Positions 31,863 to 35,331 of a stretch of 35,331 nucleotides of DNA are shown here, piece by piece. Positions within the stretch are counted from its first letter, which is position 1. Every line of letters begins with the position of its first letter. Position numbers and translations under genes: made by a program. Origin of the DNA: Macrostomum lignano (lineage: Eukaryota); the NCBI GenBank assembly GCA_002269645.1, contig NIVC01004772.1, positions 1 through 35,331 on the forward strand, given 5' to 3'. Below the pieces are notes generated by a model, which worked only from the letters and a program-made list of their open reading frames with translations, had not been told where the DNA came from and made no database searches.

Positions 31863-32991
31863 AATGAAACTAGCAAAATCTGGAGTTACGGTGGGGCAGC
31901 GGCAGCACTTGCTGGGCACTATACCTAGAGTCTATCCAAGGTTTTTCATGCGTCATAAGGACTCAGCTTTGAATATCAGCCGCAATTAAGCAGAGCAGGG
32001 AAAAATAGAGCTTCACAGTAAAATCTGAGCAAAGCGGAGAATGCTACAAATCCACCCGACTATTTTCCCAACTCCTTTTAAAACCGACGCCAGCTCAGCA
32101 CTCCCAGACCGTGACTCAGACACTGAATTTTTACTGAAAATTCAAAAAGTGCCTACTTGCCCACGGAGTCAGTCGTCCTTGATGAGGCGTAGTTGGGCGG
32201 ACGCACCGCCACCAGCAGGCGCGCGCAGCCTACTTGGAGGACAAGCCGGCCCCCGAGCCGCCTGCAGTACCGATTTGACCCAGTTTTTGACACCCTGGCA
32301 ACCCGAGTCCCACCGGGGCTTTCTACTTTCCCAAGACATTCCCAGGAAAGGAAAGAAATAAAGTCGACACAGGCCGCCTTCGGAACTCTTTTTATCTGCT
32401 TTGGATTAAAATTTTGCTGGAGCACCGCATTCCTCTTCAACGTCAAACTGCCGCATTCAACGAAGCCTTTAAAACTCCCTTGCATGGAGTTTCCGCACCG
32501 AAGTAACTATCGAAATAATCAACACTAGGTTAAGATTGCCAAACTCCGCGATTGAGAAAGATTTTAAAGTATACGAGCTATAGGCCTAAGTATGCGGGTT
32601 CTGTCTGTGATCTCATGGCTCCGATATATTTTCAGAAACGTCACTTCATGTCACCAAGGACACTGCGAGCATATTCACAAAAAGATTTTCGGCTACTTTG
32701 TTTGTTGCTTCCTAAACTTGAAGATCTGAACACCAAACTGAAGATCTGAAAATATAGGATGTCTCCATTGTACAGGATTTTCTTGCATCTACATCTAGTG
32801 AGAAACTAAACTACGAGCTACTCGGTAGGGGACAAAAATCTGAACAATCTGGCCAAAAAAGTAACCTTCTACATGCAATCGATTCGGAGATACAGACAGT
32901 TCAATGATCGGCCTTCAACTATTTTTGCACGAGTTGCAAGTTTTGCGTCCTTCTAGTCTAGTAGTCCTTGAGACGAAGTCGAACCCCGTAA

Positions 32992-33255
32992 TAATAATAT
33001 TATTGATTGTAACTGTCATAATAGGCGGATGTGTAACCTCAGCCGCGGCTATTTCGCAACGCATCTGAAGTCTTCAGTCCAAGAACTTGGATTGTCGCCA
33101 CACACACACACCCTCAGTTACAGCTGGGTGAACTGAAGCAATGCAGAGTTAAGTGTCTTGCTCAAGGACACACATTGTCTCGAGTGGGTCGAGAATCAAA
33201 CCCCCGGCCTTTCTAACACTAGTCCGACGCTCTAACACTAGGCTAAAACTCCCCT
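32992..33255 (-). mobile_element. tRNA-derived CORE-type SINE with TSD
   Basis: Minus strand: GGGGAGTTTTAGCCTAGTGTTAGAGCG (A-box), GGTTTGATTCT (B-box-like), CORE-like TGTGTCCTTGAGCAAGACACTTAACTC...CCCAGCTGTAA, and a (TTA)n tail. It is flanked by CGAAGTCGA(A/G)CCCCGTAA at 32974-32991 and 33256-33273. Confidence 0.88.
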
Positions 33256-33967
33256 CGAAGTCGAGCCCCGTAACTGCATTGCCAAAGCCCCAGTTATAAA
33301 ATTAAACAAAAAGTCTCATCAGCTGTTTTTCTCAAAACGGCTTGAAATTCTTTTGCAGAAAATGAACTGTGGGCACCGCATTTGGGCCGAAAGCCAGCTA
33401 GCTGCAGCAGGCGGGTGGTCCTGCGCGGATCTTCAATACCCGTGCATTTCAGATGCAAATAGCGAAGGAGGCAGCTCGAGCCCCACCGCATGGCGCGACT
33501 GAAAAGTGGGGGAAAGCACGGCTGTAAAGACTTACACAACTGGCATGGCTGACTCAAATATTAATTGATTAATTATGGGTTCCATTGTGAATCGGAATTC
33601 GAGGTCGAGCCCTCACTGGATAATGGTTTAGACTGCTGTTGCAGACCGTCTTAAGTTGATTTTTGTAACAATGTAGCATTGCTGTCTGGCCTGATAGAAT
33701 TGCGGCCATATCGAATGCAACCAATGCGGATTCAGAGCCGCCAAAGGATTTAAATAGAGTACAGATCAGCTCAGCTCAGATCAGATCAGCTCTAATCATC
33801 CTCAACACACTGCATAATATTGGATTTCGTCCTTGAAAATTGTAAAGACCGGCGCACATTACCGCCAGTAGCTACGTGGGAATAAGATTGTTCAAATTAA
33901 TATGCAGTTCATTCTCAAAATCCTCCAACTCAAACGCAAAGCCTATTTACCAATTCCTGCGCCGCAG

Positions 33968-34984
33968 CCAGGAGATCCGCAGCATCTGGGACGGGCAGTT
34001 CGAGCGGCTGCGCCACCAGCTTTGCGTGGTTCTTCAATCGTCGGCCGACTACGCTTCAGAGGGCGGGGTCTGGCTGGAATCGAACGCCGGTCTGAGTCGG
34101 CTCGACGATGAGACGGAGGGCCGCATTCGCCTGCTAACGGGCGGCCTGCCTCCGCCGGGTGAGTACGGCAGCATGTGGGGCTCAGCGGCGCCGCTCACGC
34201 AGCAGCTGGTGCTGCCGCAGCTGCTGCCAGGGACCGCGCTGCTGATGCCGCAGTCGGTGCTGCTGCAGATGTCTGTGCTGGGCTATTCGTTCTATGACGG
34301 CGCCAAGGTCCGCTTCCGCTGCTCTGTGAGTCTCCTGCTCTGAAGCGGAGGAAACGAAATTAATAGTTGGATTTTATTTTAATAGCCCACCTATAATGTG
34401 TTACTGGGTCCCAACTCTTCGTCAGCAGCACAAGCAGTTGATCTACGAAGTCACCCGTGGACATCGAATTCTTTTGAACTATCTGTGCGAAAGTTATTAA
34501 TGCATTCTAAGATATTTTCTTTACGTTATTTTCTCGCTACTTCTTAGTGGGCGGTCTCTTGTAGACTGCATGTGCGGATCGTAAGGTATGCAAGGACCAC
34601 TATGAAGTTACCGCGGTACTATACTTTCCTTGTGATGAGACAAAACTCTTGAGTAGTCTTTGCAGAAAAATTATGATTAAAATCAGTCAGCTTTGTCCAA
34701 TTTGACATTACTTCAAACAATGCAGGCATTGCATATAACACCCATCCCCCTCAGCAATGCCCGAAGGAGTGGACATCCATGAAAGGCCGCATCGTCTTTC
34801 ACCTGTTCCGGGTGGAAAGTCCAGTGCCGCTGGTTGATCCGCAGAACAGTGAGGTGCTGCTGCATACCGGCTACAATCTCTGCTTTAAGCTGTTCAAGCA
34901 GCAATGCCACGAGACCCGGGCCACAGACAGGGCGACCTCACCGTGTTCGAGGAGCCGCAGTGGTACCCGGAAGAGATCGAGAAG
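33968..34984 (+). CDS. Partial RTP/ZAR1-type 3CxxC zinc-finger gene (exons 33968-34325 and 34755-34984; one apparent 1-nt deletion near 34915; start and end not resolved)
   Basis: The phase-0 splice TCT|GTGAGT ... CCCCTCAG|CAA gives AKVRFRCSQCPKEWTSMKGRIVFHLF...FKLFKQQCHE. After a frameshift it continues GDLTVFEEPQWYPEEIEK|GTGAGA. This matches the zf-3CxxC pattern (F.C..C...W.S....I.FH ... F.Q.C ... P.WY.EEI). Confidence 0.65.
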
Positions 34985-35169
34985 GTGAGAGAGTCAGTAA
35001 CTCGTTTTCAGCTGACAGGTTGCGTTTTTTTGTTTAGAGTATGTCTGCAACGTCAACAACAATACTGATAGTTGCAGGTGAATATTACCGCCACAAAAAA
35101 CCACCGCTAAAGTAACTCTGTCCACTGCGCTGACTCATGAGCAAGTATACAGACACCGCTTGTACGCAT

Positions 35170-35331
35170 AGGGTTGTAGGGTTAGAGCGTCAGGCTAGGG
35201 GTTCCTAGTTTCGGCCCACTCGAACAATTGAGTACTTGAGCAAGACACAACTCTGTATTGCTTCAGTTCACCCAGCTGTAAAATGGTTGCCAGCAATTAT
35301 CTGGGGTAATTGAGGGTGTGTGTGCCGACCC
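35170..35331 (+). mobile_element. Second copy of the CORE-type SINE, cut by the window end
   Basis: GTTAGAGCGTC...CCCACTCGA...CTTGAGCAAGACAC...TTGCTTCAGTTCACCCAGCTGTAA...GAGGGTGTGTGTG is clearly homologous to the minus-strand copy at 32992-33255. Confidence 0.88.

Noticed and set aside
33130-33255. tRNA gene
   Set aside because: The A/B-box region is the head of a SINE. It continues into a CORE domain and tail, and no complete cloverleaf is evident.
308-34984. Functional link between the GPCR and the RTP-like gene (receptor plus trafficking chaperone)
   Set aside because: They are 33 kb apart with unrelated genes between them, and proximity in an animal genome is not evidence of shared function.

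Overview
This is eukaryotic (invertebrate animal) genomic DNA, not prokaryotic. It has GT-AG introns, GC-rich exons in AT-richer introns, SINEs, an LTR element and many minisatellites. The style is consistent with a free-living flatworm such as Macrostomum, but that is inference only. Genes, left to right: an intronless class A GPCR (-, two 1-nt frameshifts); a piggyBac-family transposase (-, one frameshift, no TIRs found); a compact 2-exon Krueppel-like factor (+); a complete 6-exon fatty acyl-CoA reductase (-, 532 aa) with a possible extra upstream exon; a Shroom-like gene ending in an ASD2 domain (+); and part of an RTP/ZAR1-type 3CxxC zinc-finger gene (+). Mobile DNA: a mariner relic, two tRNA-derived SINE families, and a very young 4.2-kb non-autonomous LTR element. 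That element has near-identical LTRs, an ATTT target-site duplication, a tRNA-Gln PBS and a PPT. The most unusual feature lies inside it. A 672-nt tract contains only one adenine and is built from about 20 GGCGC-loop-GCGCC hairpins at about 25-nt spacing, with conserved stems and variable loops. This looks like a structured-RNA cargo rather than a protein-coding region. No rRNA, true tRNA gene or CRISPR array was seen. All domain calls are from visual motif recognition; no database searches were run.
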